A stretch of 64,000 nucleotides of DNA from an uncultured Bacteriovoracaceae bacterium (GTDB lineage Bacteria > Bdellovibrionota > Bacteriovoracia > Bacteriovoracales > Bacteriovoracaceae): NCBI GenBank assembly GCA_964012805.1, contig CAXGUD010000004.1:1-64000 (forward strand), given 5' to 3'. The position numbers and the translations under genes are program-made. The notes under the pieces were generated by a model. It saw only the letters and a program-made list of their open reading frames with translations. It was not told the origin of the DNA and made no database searches. Positions 30,201 to 39,424 of the stretch are shown here, piece by piece; position 1 is the stretch's first letter; every line of letters begins with the position of its first letter.

Positions 30201-31525
30201 TCATCTTCAAACCATTCAAATTTAGGTCTTTCTTCCAAAAGCTGTCTTGCAATTTGTGAGAGTGTTCCCTTGTATACGCCAAATTTGTTGTGGTGGATGG
30301 TGTTTTCACTTTCTCGTGAGTAGACCAGGTTAGACCATGTTTTTTTTATTTGTTCTCTGCATTTCTTCAGAGAGACTGTTAGAGACTGAATCCGTTCTTC
30401 TAATGAATCAATTGATGTGTTTTGGTTTTTTTTAAGAATCGAAAACAGAGAGCTTTCCAGGTCCTCATAGGGATGACTTTTATCTGAATCTATTGGAGAA
30501 ATATCTTGAAAGAGGAGGGGGTCCAGCTCTTTTGGCATTTTATCTAAGAACGAAGATAGGCCAGTTTTACTTTCGCTTGTAACGAGGACCTTTTCTCCAT
30601 GAGATAGAAAATGGCAGGCCAGGTTAACTGCGGTTTGAGTTTTTCCCGTTCCTGGCAGACCAGTTATAATGAGCGCGTCTTGGTCGTGAAGAAGTTTCAG
30701 AGCTTCTTGTTGCTCCTCATTTGATGGGAGAGGAAATAGAGGGAGGAGGTAGTCCTCCAAAGTATTAGGATTTTCAGATTCCTCAAGTGGGTTACTGCAA
30801 ATATCCTTATTCTTTAAGAACTTAAGGAACTCTCTTGGAATACTTGTTGTTTTTTGAACTTCATGGCAAATACCTGAGATGAACTTTGTAAACTTATGAT
30901 GACTCTTTTTCCTTGTAAAAAGGAGAGGAGAGAAACTTAAATTTTGGGTATCAAGATCAGTTGCGAACTCTGAAAAGGATGACAAGATGATGTCTTTTGA
31001 CTCTTCATAAGTTCCCAAAAAAGATTGAACAATATTGTCTAAGCTTGCTTTAGAAGGCCATTCAAGGGGAGAAAGAAGCTCCTGTTCAAAAGAAAAGCTC
31101 TGGTTCTCTAACGAAAGAACAACTGAGTCCTCTTTAACAAAAGAGAGGTTGGGCCGGACTTTTACGGAGAGGAGGGGGTGGTGGATAGGTGCTCTTTTAT
31201 AGTGTCCTTTGAAAAGAAAAAGTCCTAAATAAAGATCAAAGTTTTGCGACAGACGTTTGAGTGGTAAATCAAATAATGTTTTCAGTTCCGTAGTGCTTTT
31301 TTCAGCAATAGGGAGGGTTACCCTTTCAGGAAAAGAGAGGTCATTTAGGGAAGAGCTCTCATTAAAACTGTCTAGAAAACTTATGGGGAAGCCTTCTAGC
31401 TCTAAAGGAAAGGGAAAAACATGGTGATAGGATTTAATATCCTTTACTCTAGGCGTTTTCAAGTAGTGAAGAAGACCAAGGGCCTTAAAGAGCCTTGTTG
31501 CCTTTTCGGCATGTTTTTCTTTCAT
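27209..31525 (-). CDS. SF1 (UPF1/DNA2-like) helicase with a C-terminal Vsr/DUF559-like domain, degenerate motifs
   Basis: GLPGTGKT, FDVAIIDES, HYRS.PEI, FQGLERDII, ALSRAK; C-terminal PFESWFE...RGYHV...IDL. Confidence 0.8.
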   Translation of the reverse strand: MKEKHAEKATRLFKALGLLHYLKTPRVKDIKSYHHVFPFPLELEGFPISFLDSFNESSSLNDLSFPERVTLPIAEKSTTELKTLFDLPLKRLSQNFDLYLGLFLFKGHYKRAPIHHPLLSVKVRPNLSFVKEDSVVLSLENQSFSFEQELLSPLEWPSKASLDNIVQSFLGTYEESKDIILSSFSEFATDLDTQNLSFSPLLFTRKKSHHKFTKFISGICHEVQKTTSIPREFLKFLKNKDICSNPLEESENPNTLEDYLLPLFPLPSNEEQQEALKLLHDQDALIITGLPGTGKTQTAVNLACHFLSHGEKVLVTSESKTGLSSFLDKMPKELDPLLFQDISPIDSDKSHPYEDLESSLFSILKKNQNTSIDSLEERIQSLTVSLKKCREQIKKTWSNLVYSRESENTIHHNKFGVYKGTLSQIARQLLEERPKFEWFEDEPGPLTPLPFVDQENLLKIWDFYIHYSLEDEKKLEREVPKLPFLSASEFSDYIEKEKNINEKYQKILPHKKGDLYFQLLEFNSGTLKQTTRQFKELEKLISEIQEEKDSWMTLALEDILGQNESQWTSILEVTRNSLTYLKSFDIKELSLDLKGLNNNSISILLEEAEKLLNREEEPHHQKFWPFKKKNPIKSHRLFKKITISGEKCHTKHQIQKAVQALKIKQSIEETVSVWKGIGIDITLPPLQLLNILEFYIKILDKCFSIKNKFKELEKNIPIFKNENWSRSQILQRSIHNTELVIFEKMLELIQSKLQKHCEEIKDKINSNTHPLVEDLVRFLEERDAKAYQSHLELIFQLQKEKKYFYKIKELAQEIKLHCPLLYNDMKTRTFSFAKRENLFNFKKAFTWKKTFKWIQETIGKFEPYSFIDWLQNLKKNELSIIRELNQLKSWHHYLIKLDGEQKENFSALAKNLLKSKESYGPHEEGLNKLKASLPGHFISFEKIPDHVAPKPHQFDVAIIDESDLSGPYALMLFYLSKKVIIVGNRKWLTKSRSRAIQDSVKVVQEGIKDIKYNQHITLEDSFYDLCDIVISNKIKLKGHYRSRPEILKSFLLFTEDSEPYFNIKQFTPIQIEKNLEAVYCREGKIIDSNDTGKIFKFGDINHGEALKIIKQVKSIFENPKYNGLTIGIISLGGENQSHQIQMLLSNEFSEKELEAKKVLCVTPSSFQGLERDIILLTLVTSSLTKDINDSHDQGEDNYHNLYIALSRAKEKIILFHSIDKNDLNPFCQKTKILELFSSKDREEQDQNPSLPLDDLKKMNQDKKKIWYTPPRPFESWFEVTIFIILKERGYHVVPKLSFLEGVIDLTVIGYKNNLGINCFSKTNNEISLPPIPTQFIPHLTILRESTYTLFPEHLIEDLFSKLSQLDILPPKDWQDHTEKLKQLDVFEKEDMEISGGKPLQEEEAPLVSNDGDHSLKNNLEEPPPNKNEHFWDHIGLHN

Positions 31526-31592
31526 GGATCCCCCCTAAAGTTCCTCTTAAAATACCTTTTTAAGAAGATCTTTAGAAGGGCAAAATGAATAT

Positions 31593-33194
31593 TTATTCTT
31601 TCTCGTTAGGGTCGAATTTGAGTGCCCTCAAAAAGTCGGTTCTAAAAACGAGGTTACACCACTTTCTTGAGATTTCGTGATGATCAATTGCAATATTTAA
31701 CTCTCTGGAATAGTACCAGCTTTGGGAGTCCATATTGGCCGAACCGACAACTGTGATTTGGTTATCAACAGACATATACTTTGTGTGCGAGGTCCATTTA
31801 CCAAGCTTTTCCTTGTCTTTTCCAGATTCGCGGCTGACTCTACCCTTTCTGTCGACAAACCAACGGATATTAAAAACGCCCACTTTTTTATTGGGGTGCT
31901 TCTTGGCGTATTTTCTGATTTGTTTTTTGATTTTTTTAACATTTTTAAGGTTTGTTCCACCGGCCATGGGCATTTTGGAGATAAAGTCTTGATAGTTTTT
32001 ACTAAGAAGTATGTTGATATCAACACCTCGTTTAAGGGCCTTAACCATGGCCTCCATCAAAACCGGAGCATTTAGATTTGGAGAAACAATATTGACATTG
32101 CTTTTGGCATTCTTAAAAAGCGAAAGAAAGGCCTGGTCTTGGGGGTTTTTTGAATTTCTGGTCCAGGGAACATTCACATCTTTTTTTGTAATAAGAGCAA
32201 TGGGGACACTTTTTTCAAGAATTCTATTTGTCACCCACTTTTTAACAACATTTGGCAACTTAAACCGCTTTGTGCGGCTCAAGTCATTATATCCAGAGCG
32301 AGGAACCATTTTGTCGGGGTCATTAGTGAAGTACTTTTTTCCTTTTTGCCAAGCAAAATAAAAGTCTTCTGCCAGTCCTTGCCCAACATTGCCCATAACT
32401 AAAAAGCCATGATCTGTCTCTGGAGAAATATTCCCCCACTTTTTAAATTTATCATGGTACCTCATAAGATTTGAGCCCATAACAATCCCTTTACTTCTAT
32501 CAATAATGATCGATTTAGAGTGGTTTGATCCAAGCATGGTGTGGTTAAAAAGCTGAACTTCAAGCCTCACATATTTTTTATCAATAGGCTTTTTAAAGCC
32601 TAGTCCATAAACGTCATGACCGATAGGGTTCTTTTTAAAGAGACCTTTAAAAAGCATTCCCGATTTATCAAGGACGGTACCTACAAGGCCTGATTGGTTA
32701 TCGACTAAAATTTTAACATTGACGGGGACAATCTTTTTACCCCTCTTTTCTTCAGCTTTAAGCCTTTTTTCTAAGGCCTCTACTCCTTCTCTAAGTTTAA
32801 TGACTCCTAAAGAGTTTTTTTCGTAGAGGTAGGTTTGAAGGAGGACTTCATGCTCGGCATTCTCAATAAGGTCTTTAGCAAGACCAAAAATTTCATCACC
32901 TGTCCGGTAAACCCTTCTGGATGCATAATTGCTTCCTGAAAAGGATCGAAATCGGTCAACCGTACCGTGCTTAAGGTAAGGATCTATATCCTTTAACAGT
33001 TTTTTCATAAGAGGACTTAGGTTTGGTGCTCTTAAATTATAATTTTTTTTGGAGCAAAAGGCCGAATCTTCGACACTCATGTGCTTTTGTGCAATAGATT
33101 TCCACTTGTTTTTACCAGATGAGGTTTGGGCCTTAATTGTTAAAGAAAAAATAATTAAAGGGAGAAAAAATGAAATTTTTAGTATTTGAAACAT
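31593..33194 (-). CDS. Secreted phospholipase D family protein
   Basis: Two HKD motifs (HSKSIIID...GSN and HTKYMSVD...GSANMD); signal peptide. Confidence 0.92.
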   Translation of the reverse strand: MFQILKISFFLPLIIFSLTIKAQTSSGKNKWKSIAQKHMSVEDSAFCSKKNYNLRAPNLSPLMKKLLKDIDPYLKHGTVDRFRSFSGSNYASRRVYRTGDEIFGLAKDLIENAEHEVLLQTYLYEKNSLGVIKLREGVEALEKRLKAEEKRGKKIVPVNVKILVDNQSGLVGTVLDKSGMLFKGLFKKNPIGHDVYGLGFKKPIDKKYVRLEVQLFNHTMLGSNHSKSIIIDRSKGIVMGSNLMRYHDKFKKWGNISPETDHGFLVMGNVGQGLAEDFYFAWQKGKKYFTNDPDKMVPRSGYNDLSRTKRFKLPNVVKKWVTNRILEKSVPIALITKKDVNVPWTRNSKNPQDQAFLSLFKNAKSNVNIVSPNLNAPVLMEAMVKALKRGVDINILLSKNYQDFISKMPMAGGTNLKNVKKIKKQIRKYAKKHPNKKVGVFNIRWFVDRKGRVSRESGKDKEKLGKWTSHTKYMSVDNQITVVGSANMDSQSWYYSRELNIAIDHHEISRKWCNLVFRTDFLRALKFDPNEKE

Positions 33195-33320
33195 TTGAAA
33201 GCACCCCTTTTTGTATTTAGTTTTTATTTAGCTTTAATCTATAAGCTCTAATTTTAATTAAAATAAATAACGCTAGCCATTATCCCATAAATTTTTATTT
33301 TATTAATCTTTTTATGAATT

Positions 33321-36041
33321 TTACTCATTAACAAAGGGGATTAAAATAGGAAGCTTAGCTATAAACATCGTTCCTTTATCAACTTGTGATTTTACCTTCA
33401 CAGTCCCACCCACTTTTTCAACTTCTTCCTTAACAGCATCCATTCCAACACCTCTTCCAGAGATATCGCTTGTTTCAGACTTGGATGAAATGCCGGGAAA
33501 GAAAATTAGTTGAATAATATCCTGATCACTAAGTTCTTTAAGGTTTGAGTCTCTCAATTTCGGGTGGTTTTTCGCTAAAGCTCTTATTTGTTTAGGGTCG
33601 ATTCCCCTCCCATCATCTTTTATATAAACATAAAAAAAGCCAATATCTGTCGTTTGAAAGGAAACCTCAATGGAGGCACGCTCGGGTTTTTTAAGCTCCG
33701 TCCTTTCTGCAATACTTTCGACTCCATGATCTATGATATTTCTAAAGATATGGAGAAAGCTTGAAAAAATCTTTTTGTACTTATCTCCTGCTATTACCAG
33801 ATCTGTGGGGTTGATTTTAAACTCTATTTGTTTATCCAGATTTCTTGCAAGTTCTTTAGTTGGTTCAACAAACTTTTTGAAATAAGAGTGAACTTCCTTA
33901 AATATAAATTTATTAGCGTACGTTTCAACCAAATCTTTAAAGAAGCTTTTCATAAAAATGATGTCCTCGTAGTCATCGCCATCTCCTATTGACTTGTTGG
34001 CCACTTCAATGAGTTTTCTATTTTCTTTAAGAAATACTTTCAAATCGTCATAGGCATTTAAAAGTCCAGCTCTTGTCACTTGAATCTCATCATGATTCCA
34101 TACTTGCGAGTTTTTTACATTTTGAAGAACTTCTTCAAGCGAGTGTATTTTTTTTACGACCTCTCTAATTTTGAAGGAGGCAAGGCGCGCCTTAAGCGTA
34201 TGTATATTTCTAAAAACCTGATCCGGCTTTTTAAGCTCAAGGTTTTGCAACGTCTCTTCGAACACATCCCTTGTGTCATCAATAACATCGATAAATTCAA
34301 TGGGTCTTTCAATAAGAGAAAATACCATTTGGCCTTTTTCCTTTTCAGCAAGCGCTTTTTCTTCTAGGTCCTTTCTTTGGGTAATATCAGTCGCAACACA
34401 AATAATTTTATCCAACTTATGACTTTCTTCCTTATAAATCGGCTTATATGTTAACTCTATAAGATCTCCATTTTTTCTTTTGTACTCCTTTGGCGCAAGC
34501 GACGTCAGGTCCCTAAAGGGGACAATGCCTTTAAAAGCATGAGTCAGCCACTTTTTTAAACTTTCTTTCGATTCCTCTCTAAGTTTTAGGATATCCTCAA
34601 ATTTTTGATCCCTAATATCATCTTCGAAAATAAACTTTGTGAGTTCTGTTGCATCTCCTTCAATTTTTCCCTCACTATTAAAAATGAGGAAACCTTGGTT
34701 CAAATTGGATAGGAGGAGAAGGAAGCTTTTATTTTGATCCTTTATTTGACCTGTTTTACGGTCAACCTCTTCGTTCAGTTGATTGGTCAATTTTTCAACT
34801 TTTTGAAAGTCTTCACCAAAGTTTGAAGCGACAATATGGCTTTGAATAAAAATAAAAATAAGACCGGTGAAAGGAGCAATCTCAGGAGGATTTAAAATAG
34901 TTAACCCAACAAGAATATCGTAAATAATCCCAAAGGTACCAAGAAGGATGGAATATAAAAATGTTAAAGCACTCGGTGTTTTTTTGATGACTCCCCTGAT
35001 AACAAAAAACATGAGGAGAAGAAGATAGCCAAAAACAACCATTTGAAAACTTATGAGGACATAGAAGTTTGTAAAATATAATGGTGAAAGGAGTAAAGGG
35101 ATTAGAGAAAGTGCTACAGAAATGTATAAAAAAACCTTTTTTATAACAAGAGAAGTCTTATCTTTAATTTTTAAAATCAAAAAGAGGTATTCAAATAAAC
35201 AGGGAAAGAAATAGATCATACTTAAATATTCAAACTTTTTTTCTAATATAAAAAAGAAAAGATTTGGTGTAGGGGAAAAAATAAAAGAATAGTGTCCAAA
35301 AGAAAAAAAGCGAGAAAGTGCGACAAGACAAAAAAGTCCAAGGAAGAGAGATGAGTAGTCCTTTCTTCTTTGAGTAAAAATCGCAAGGTGGTAAACGGCC
35401 ACGATAAAAAAAGCACCCATGACAAAAAAGACAACGGTCGTCTCTTGCCATAAGAGCGAAAAATGGCCCTCTTTGTGGTAAATTTTCGGCGCCCAGAAAA
35501 AGCCACCAGCTCTATAATGGAAGTTGGCAAGATGAATCACAATGGTAAGGTCTTTTCCCATCAAGGATATGTTCCGATCAAAGCGGAGTCCTTGAGGTGT
35601 GTTATCTTCCTTATTCTTAGCAATAATACCGGACTTTAGATGAATCGTTTTTTTCCCATCAGTGATGAATGTTTCGCTACTCGTTGCCAAGACGTGAAAA
35701 TAAATCCTTAATTTCTCCGTTTGCTTAAGGTTTTTTACTTTCATAATAAGGGTTCCATAGCTGGCCCCAGGGAGTTTTAAGCTCTTGTCCCAAAGAGAAC
35801 TGCCCTTTAGATAAAATGGTTTTTGATCGGGAAGTTTATTATTCAACACGTCTTTCAAAGGAATAAAGCGTTTCCAGTATAAGGCCCATGATCCGTCAAG
35901 TTCTAAAGGTCCATCTTTTTTAAAGTCCCATTCTTTGAGGTCTACTTCACCTTTTTCCATAGATGGGCGTGCTTTTTTGGAGTATTTTGACCCACAAGAC
36001 GAAAGGAGGAAGAAAAAGGTTAAAAAAATGAACAATTTCAT
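33321..36041 (-). CDS. 7TM-DISM sensor CheA-type histidine kinase (PAS-like, Hpt, HATPase), no CheW domain
   Basis: LDGSWALYW DISM-type ectodomain, 7 TM helices, FRNIHTLKA, HIFRNIIDHGVE, DDGRGID, SGRGVGMD. Start moved to ATG 36041 (MKLFIF...LLSSC) by comparison with the paralogue at 52394. Confidence 0.9.
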   Translation of the reverse strand: MKLFIFLTFFFLLSSCGSKYSKKARPSMEKGEVDLKEWDFKKDGPLELDGSWALYWKRFIPLKDVLNNKLPDQKPFYLKGSSLWDKSLKLPGASYGTLIMKVKNLKQTEKLRIYFHVLATSSETFITDGKKTIHLKSGIIAKNKEDNTPQGLRFDRNISLMGKDLTIVIHLANFHYRAGGFFWAPKIYHKEGHFSLLWQETTVVFFVMGAFFIVAVYHLAIFTQRRKDYSSLFLGLFCLVALSRFFSFGHYSFIFSPTPNLFFFILEKKFEYLSMIYFFPCLFEYLFLILKIKDKTSLVIKKVFLYISVALSLIPLLLSPLYFTNFYVLISFQMVVFGYLLLLMFFVIRGVIKKTPSALTFLYSILLGTFGIIYDILVGLTILNPPEIAPFTGLIFIFIQSHIVASNFGEDFQKVEKLTNQLNEEVDRKTGQIKDQNKSFLLLLSNLNQGFLIFNSEGKIEGDATELTKFIFEDDIRDQKFEDILKLREESKESLKKWLTHAFKGIVPFRDLTSLAPKEYKRKNGDLIELTYKPIYKEESHKLDKIICVATDITQRKDLEEKALAEKEKGQMVFSLIERPIEFIDVIDDTRDVFEETLQNLELKKPDQVFRNIHTLKARLASFKIREVVKKIHSLEEVLQNVKNSQVWNHDEIQVTRAGLLNAYDDLKVFLKENRKLIEVANKSIGDGDDYEDIIFMKSFFKDLVETYANKFIFKEVHSYFKKFVEPTKELARNLDKQIEFKINPTDLVIAGDKYKKIFSSFLHIFRNIIDHGVESIAERTELKKPERASIEVSFQTTDIGFFYVYIKDDGRGIDPKQIRALAKNHPKLRDSNLKELSDQDIIQLIFFPGISSKSETSDISGRGVGMDAVKEEVEKVGGTVKVKSQVDKGTMFIAKLPILIPFVNE

Positions 36042-36294
36042 AGTAATTCTGTCGGTAATTATTCCAGTTGGCCTAAGGAAGGTAAGAAGATTTATTGAGT
36101 TTTTAAATGTCCGTAAAAAGGACAATATTTGGTAAAAATAATGCGTGAAAAAAGGGCCATGAATGAGCTTCGGAAGCAATAAAATGACTTGACAAGGCAT
36201 GTTATAGAGGGGATGAACTCTTTATTCACTTTTTGTTTTTATAAAACGTTAATGGGGAAAAGAGATCGACCACAAATCAAGAGAATCATCCAAT

Positions 36295-37479
36295 TTGGTA
36301 TTAGAAAAGAAAGAATCCTTTGATTCCTTTGACTCTTTTGAATTTCACTACACGATAAGTGATGCCCTAAAAAAGTGTGGTTACAAAACTCCTAAAGCTA
36401 TTCAGGTTCAAGCGGTTCCCCTCCTTCAAAAGGGATACGATCTTGTAGCTGTTTCTAAGACAGGTTCTGGTAAAACAGCAGCCTATTCTCTTCCTCTTCT
36501 TGATTACCTAAAGAAAAATAAAGTAAAGGCCAAACCTGCCAGAATGAGAGGTCTTGTACTTGTCCCCACAAGAGAATTGGCCCTTCAAGTCTTTGAAAGT
36601 TTAAAAAAGTATGGAAAGGGGCTTGCCTTTAAAATGGGCTGTTTCTTTGGTGGTGTCGGGATGGCCGGCCAAATTAAACTTATGGGGAAAGGCCTTGATA
36701 TTATTGTTTCCACTCCCGGAAGATTAATTAATATAGAAAAAGAGGGGCATGTTCTCTTTGATCAATGTGAGTTCATTGTCGTTGATGAGTTTGATAAAAT
36801 GCTTAATCTTGGTTTTCAAAAAGAAATTGAAACCCTCTGGGATAAATTGCCAACAAAAAAACAAGCCGCTTTTTTCTCTGCTACCCACCTTAAAGAGCTT
36901 GAGCAATTGGTAGCAAAATACCTTAAAAATCCTTTACAAATAAATATTAAAGATGTGGAGCCTATTGAGGGCGAAAGCGAAGGTGAAAATCAAGGCCAAA
37001 AAGGACAAGGCTCTTTAGTGCCTCACCACGACGTTTACTTTGTTAACGACTCATCAAGAAAGGGTCTCCTAAAAAAGGTTTTGAGAAGGCGCTCTGTTAA
37101 AAAGGCCATTGTTTTTGTTAAAACAAGAAATGAAGCCGAAGAAGTTTTAAAAGACCTCAAAAAAGCTTTCATTCAAGCAGATTCACTTCATGGGGATAAA
37201 GATCAAGTTGAGCGGATGAAGGTTTTAGGTCAATTTAAGAGAAATAAATTTAAGGTTTTAGTCGCAACTGACCTCGCCTCGAGAGGTCTTCATATTGGAG
37301 GTTTAGACCTCATAGTGAACTACCATCTTCCTAAGGATCCAAGGGATTATAAACATAGGGTAGGGAGGCTTTGCCGTGAAGGACAAGCGGGCACTTCCAT
37401 AAATTTTTGTACGAATAGGGATAAAAAGCTTATTTCTCTTCTAGAGCAGGAGTTTAAAAGCCCCTTTACCTTAAATTAA
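36295..37479 (+). CDS. DEAD-box RNA helicase (RhlE-like), DEFD variant
   Basis: Q motif, TGSGKT, PTRELA, TPGRL, DEFD, SAT, SRGLHI, HRVGRLCR. Confidence 0.92.
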   Translation: MVLEKKESFDSFDSFEFHYTISDALKKCGYKTPKAIQVQAVPLLQKGYDLVAVSKTGSGKTAAYSLPLLDYLKKNKVKAKPARMRGLVLVPTRELALQVFESLKKYGKGLAFKMGCFFGGVGMAGQIKLMGKGLDIIVSTPGRLINIEKEGHVLFDQCEFIVVDEFDKMLNLGFQKEIETLWDKLPTKKQAAFFSATHLKELEQLVAKYLKNPLQINIKDVEPIEGESEGENQGQKGQGSLVPHHDVYFVNDSSRKGLLKKVLRRRSVKKAIVFVKTRNEAEEVLKDLKKAFIQADSLHGDKDQVERMKVLGQFKRNKFKVLVATDLASRGLHIGGLDLIVNYHLPKDPRDYKHRVGRLCREGQAGTSINFCTNRDKKLISLLEQEFKSPFTLN

Positions 37480-37673
37480 ACTTATTTAATTCAACATAAT
37501 CTAGTTTAACAAAGGTTTAGAACACCTTATTTTCTAAGTTTTGTCTATATTCTCAAAGTTCTTGAGTAATAATCTTAAGCTGATTTAAATCGTGATTACA
37601 TCTAGAATTAGAAAATTATGTATCTTTTGGTAATAAGCTTTTTAGCTTGTTTATTTGAGTTTGGAGGTCTCAG

Positions 37674-37877
37674 ATGAAGTTAGAAAATTTATTAAAATCG
37701 TCTATTTGTGAAATTAACTTTCACGGTTTGATTGTAAACTATGATCACCGTGCTGAAGTTTTTTGGTGGAAAGAGGGCAGTGATGTAATTCATAAGTTTT
37801 GGGCAAACATCGAGCTTAGTAAGCCTGTCATATTTTCCTGTAAGAAAGGAAAGCTTAATTTGAATCCAAAAACCTAA
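37674..37877 (+). CDS. Small hypothetical protein
   Basis: 67 aa with a GGAGG RBS. Confidence 0.65.
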   Translation: MKLENLLKSSICEINFHGLIVNYDHRAEVFWWKEGSDVIHKFWANIELSKPVIFSCKKGKLNLNPKT

Positions 37878-37906
37878 CGCAAGTTAAAATAGACTGGGAG
37901 TTTCTA

Positions 37907-38485
37907 TTAAAAAAGCTTTTTTAAAGCATCCTCCGCCTTGTTTTTCAATTGATCAACTTTTTTCTGGGCCTTCGCTTTTACCTTTGGAAGAGGTATCTGG
38001 ATAATTTTCTTTTCTTTGTGACTAAAAGAAAAAAGATCTCCTTCTGCCATATTATTGTAAACCGTAGGCTTTCCGTAAACATGGGCCCTAACCTCAACTG
38101 GAAGGCTCTTGTTTTCCTTCATAAGCCTTTCAACAACAGGTTTTATAGTTCCAAAAACCCCTTTGTAATTGACTTTAACAGGAATCTTAATCACGGTCTC
38201 TTTTTTGGGATCAAGTTTAAGAGGGATATCATTTCCTTTAAAAAGCCTGTTCCCTTCAGCAAATAATTCATAGCTGACAAATACATTTTTAAGGCCAATA
38301 TCATTTGGGTTATGAGCGGCCAAATCAACATTAACCTGAACTTCATCAGAAGTGACTTTCTCTATTTTGTGGCCTACATATTTAACTTTTGGGTTTTTAA
38401 TATCTGTTGTTGCCACCATTAAAAATCCACATGAACCTAGAAAAAGGCTTAAAAAGCTTAATTTTAATAAATTGGTTGTTTTCAA
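37907..38485 (-). CDS. LEA type 2/WHy domain lipoprotein
   Basis: Lipobox LGSC, HNPNDIGL...VSYEL motif. Confidence 0.85.
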   Translation of the reverse strand: MKTTNLLKLSFLSLFLGSCGFLMVATTDIKNPKVKYVGHKIEKVTSDEVQVNVDLAAHNPNDIGLKNVFVSYELFAEGNRLFKGNDIPLKLDPKKETVIKIPVKVNYKGVFGTIKPVVERLMKENKSLPVEVRAHVYGKPTVYNNMAEGDLFSFSHKEKKIIQIPLPKVKAKAQKKVDQLKNKAEDALKKLF

Positions 38486-38569
38486 GATTCACTCCTCTGT
38501 GGTTTTCACTTCTATAGATTTTTGAGGTATCAAAATAATTATTATCCAGAGGTGAAATCTATGCAAAAT

Positions 38570-39424
38570 TTAAAGAAGAGTGAAAGGTTTAACCATTTGA
38601 CAGGCTTCTTTTATGCCTTGACGGCAAGATTTTTTAAATTCAGCGATAAGTGAAGCCTTAACTTCACTTTTTTCCTGATCATTCCTCTCGAGTGAAGGAA
38701 GTCTTGTATTAAAAAACGGAGAGAAATCAAAGAGGTATTTGACGACTTTTCTTGTTTTGGCAAATTTAATCTTTTGTCCCACGAGCCTTCTCAATTTATT
38801 AAGCGTTCTATAGGGAAGTTCTTTGTTGGCAAGGTTTACAAGCCATATGGGAATAACTCCTCCGGGATTGGAAGTCACCTGGTAAGTGATTTTAGTTTTA
38901 TGTTTTCCTTTAACTTCTATGGCCTTTAAGTCCCAAAAACCCTCAAGCTTTGGGATCCTCACAATTCCTTTTCTCTTAGGCTTTAAAGCCGTATCATTAG
39001 AGGCTTTTTTGAAATGAACTTTAATTGTTTTCTGTTTTGGGAAGAATACGACCCTACTTTTTAAAACCACATCTCTGTCATCAATAAGGGGAATGTTATT
39101 GCTAATTCTTACGTATGAAGTGCTGGAGTTCGGTAGCCCTTTAAACTCCAAGACATCAAACTCAGTACAATTTTGAATGAATTCTTTCTTATGATAAGGA
39201 TCAAAGAGGACAGAAAAGACTTCATGGATTGATGAATGAATGACAACTTCACCTTTGAAAGAAAGGATACTTGAATTCTTTTCGCCTTTTTTCCAAACTT
39301 TAATCCCCCTTTGAAAAGCGACTTTTTCCCAGGAAGAGTTTTTTGAAAATGTGTTTTGAGAAAAGAGAACCGTCAGGGTTGCTGCAATAAGTAAATAAAA
39401 TCTTTTTGGCCTTAATATCATCAT
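38570..39424 (-). CDS. Periplasmic START-domain lipid-binding protein
   Basis: Signal peptide, GIKVW..FKGE, DRDVV, NPGGVIPIWLVN motifs. Confidence 0.9.
   Translation of the reverse strand: MMILRPKRFYLLIAATLTVLFSQNTFSKNSSWEKVAFQRGIKVWKKGEKNSSILSFKGEVVIHSSIHEVFSVLFDPYHKKEFIQNCTEFDVLEFKGLPNSSTSYVRISNNIPLIDDRDVVLKSRVVFFPKQKTIKVHFKKASNDTALKPKRKGIVRIPKLEGFWDLKAIEVKGKHKTKITYQVTSNPGGVIPIWLVNLANKELPYRTLNKLRRLVGQKIKFAKTRKVVKYLFDFSPFFNTRLPSLERNDQEKSEVKASLIAEFKKSCRQGIKEACQMVKPFTLL

Noticed and set aside
27209..33194. PLD plus helicase as a two-gene anti-phage system
   Set aside because: The PLD has a signal peptide and two HKD motifs like a secreted lipase; adjacency alone is weak evidence.
36042..36200. 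N-terminal extension of the 7TM kinase in the ORF track
   Set aside because: The paralogue and signal peptide indicate a start at 36041.
36295..37479. DEFD helicase as an inactive enzyme
   Set aside because: The DExD consensus and the other core motifs are retained; the variation is within the normal range.
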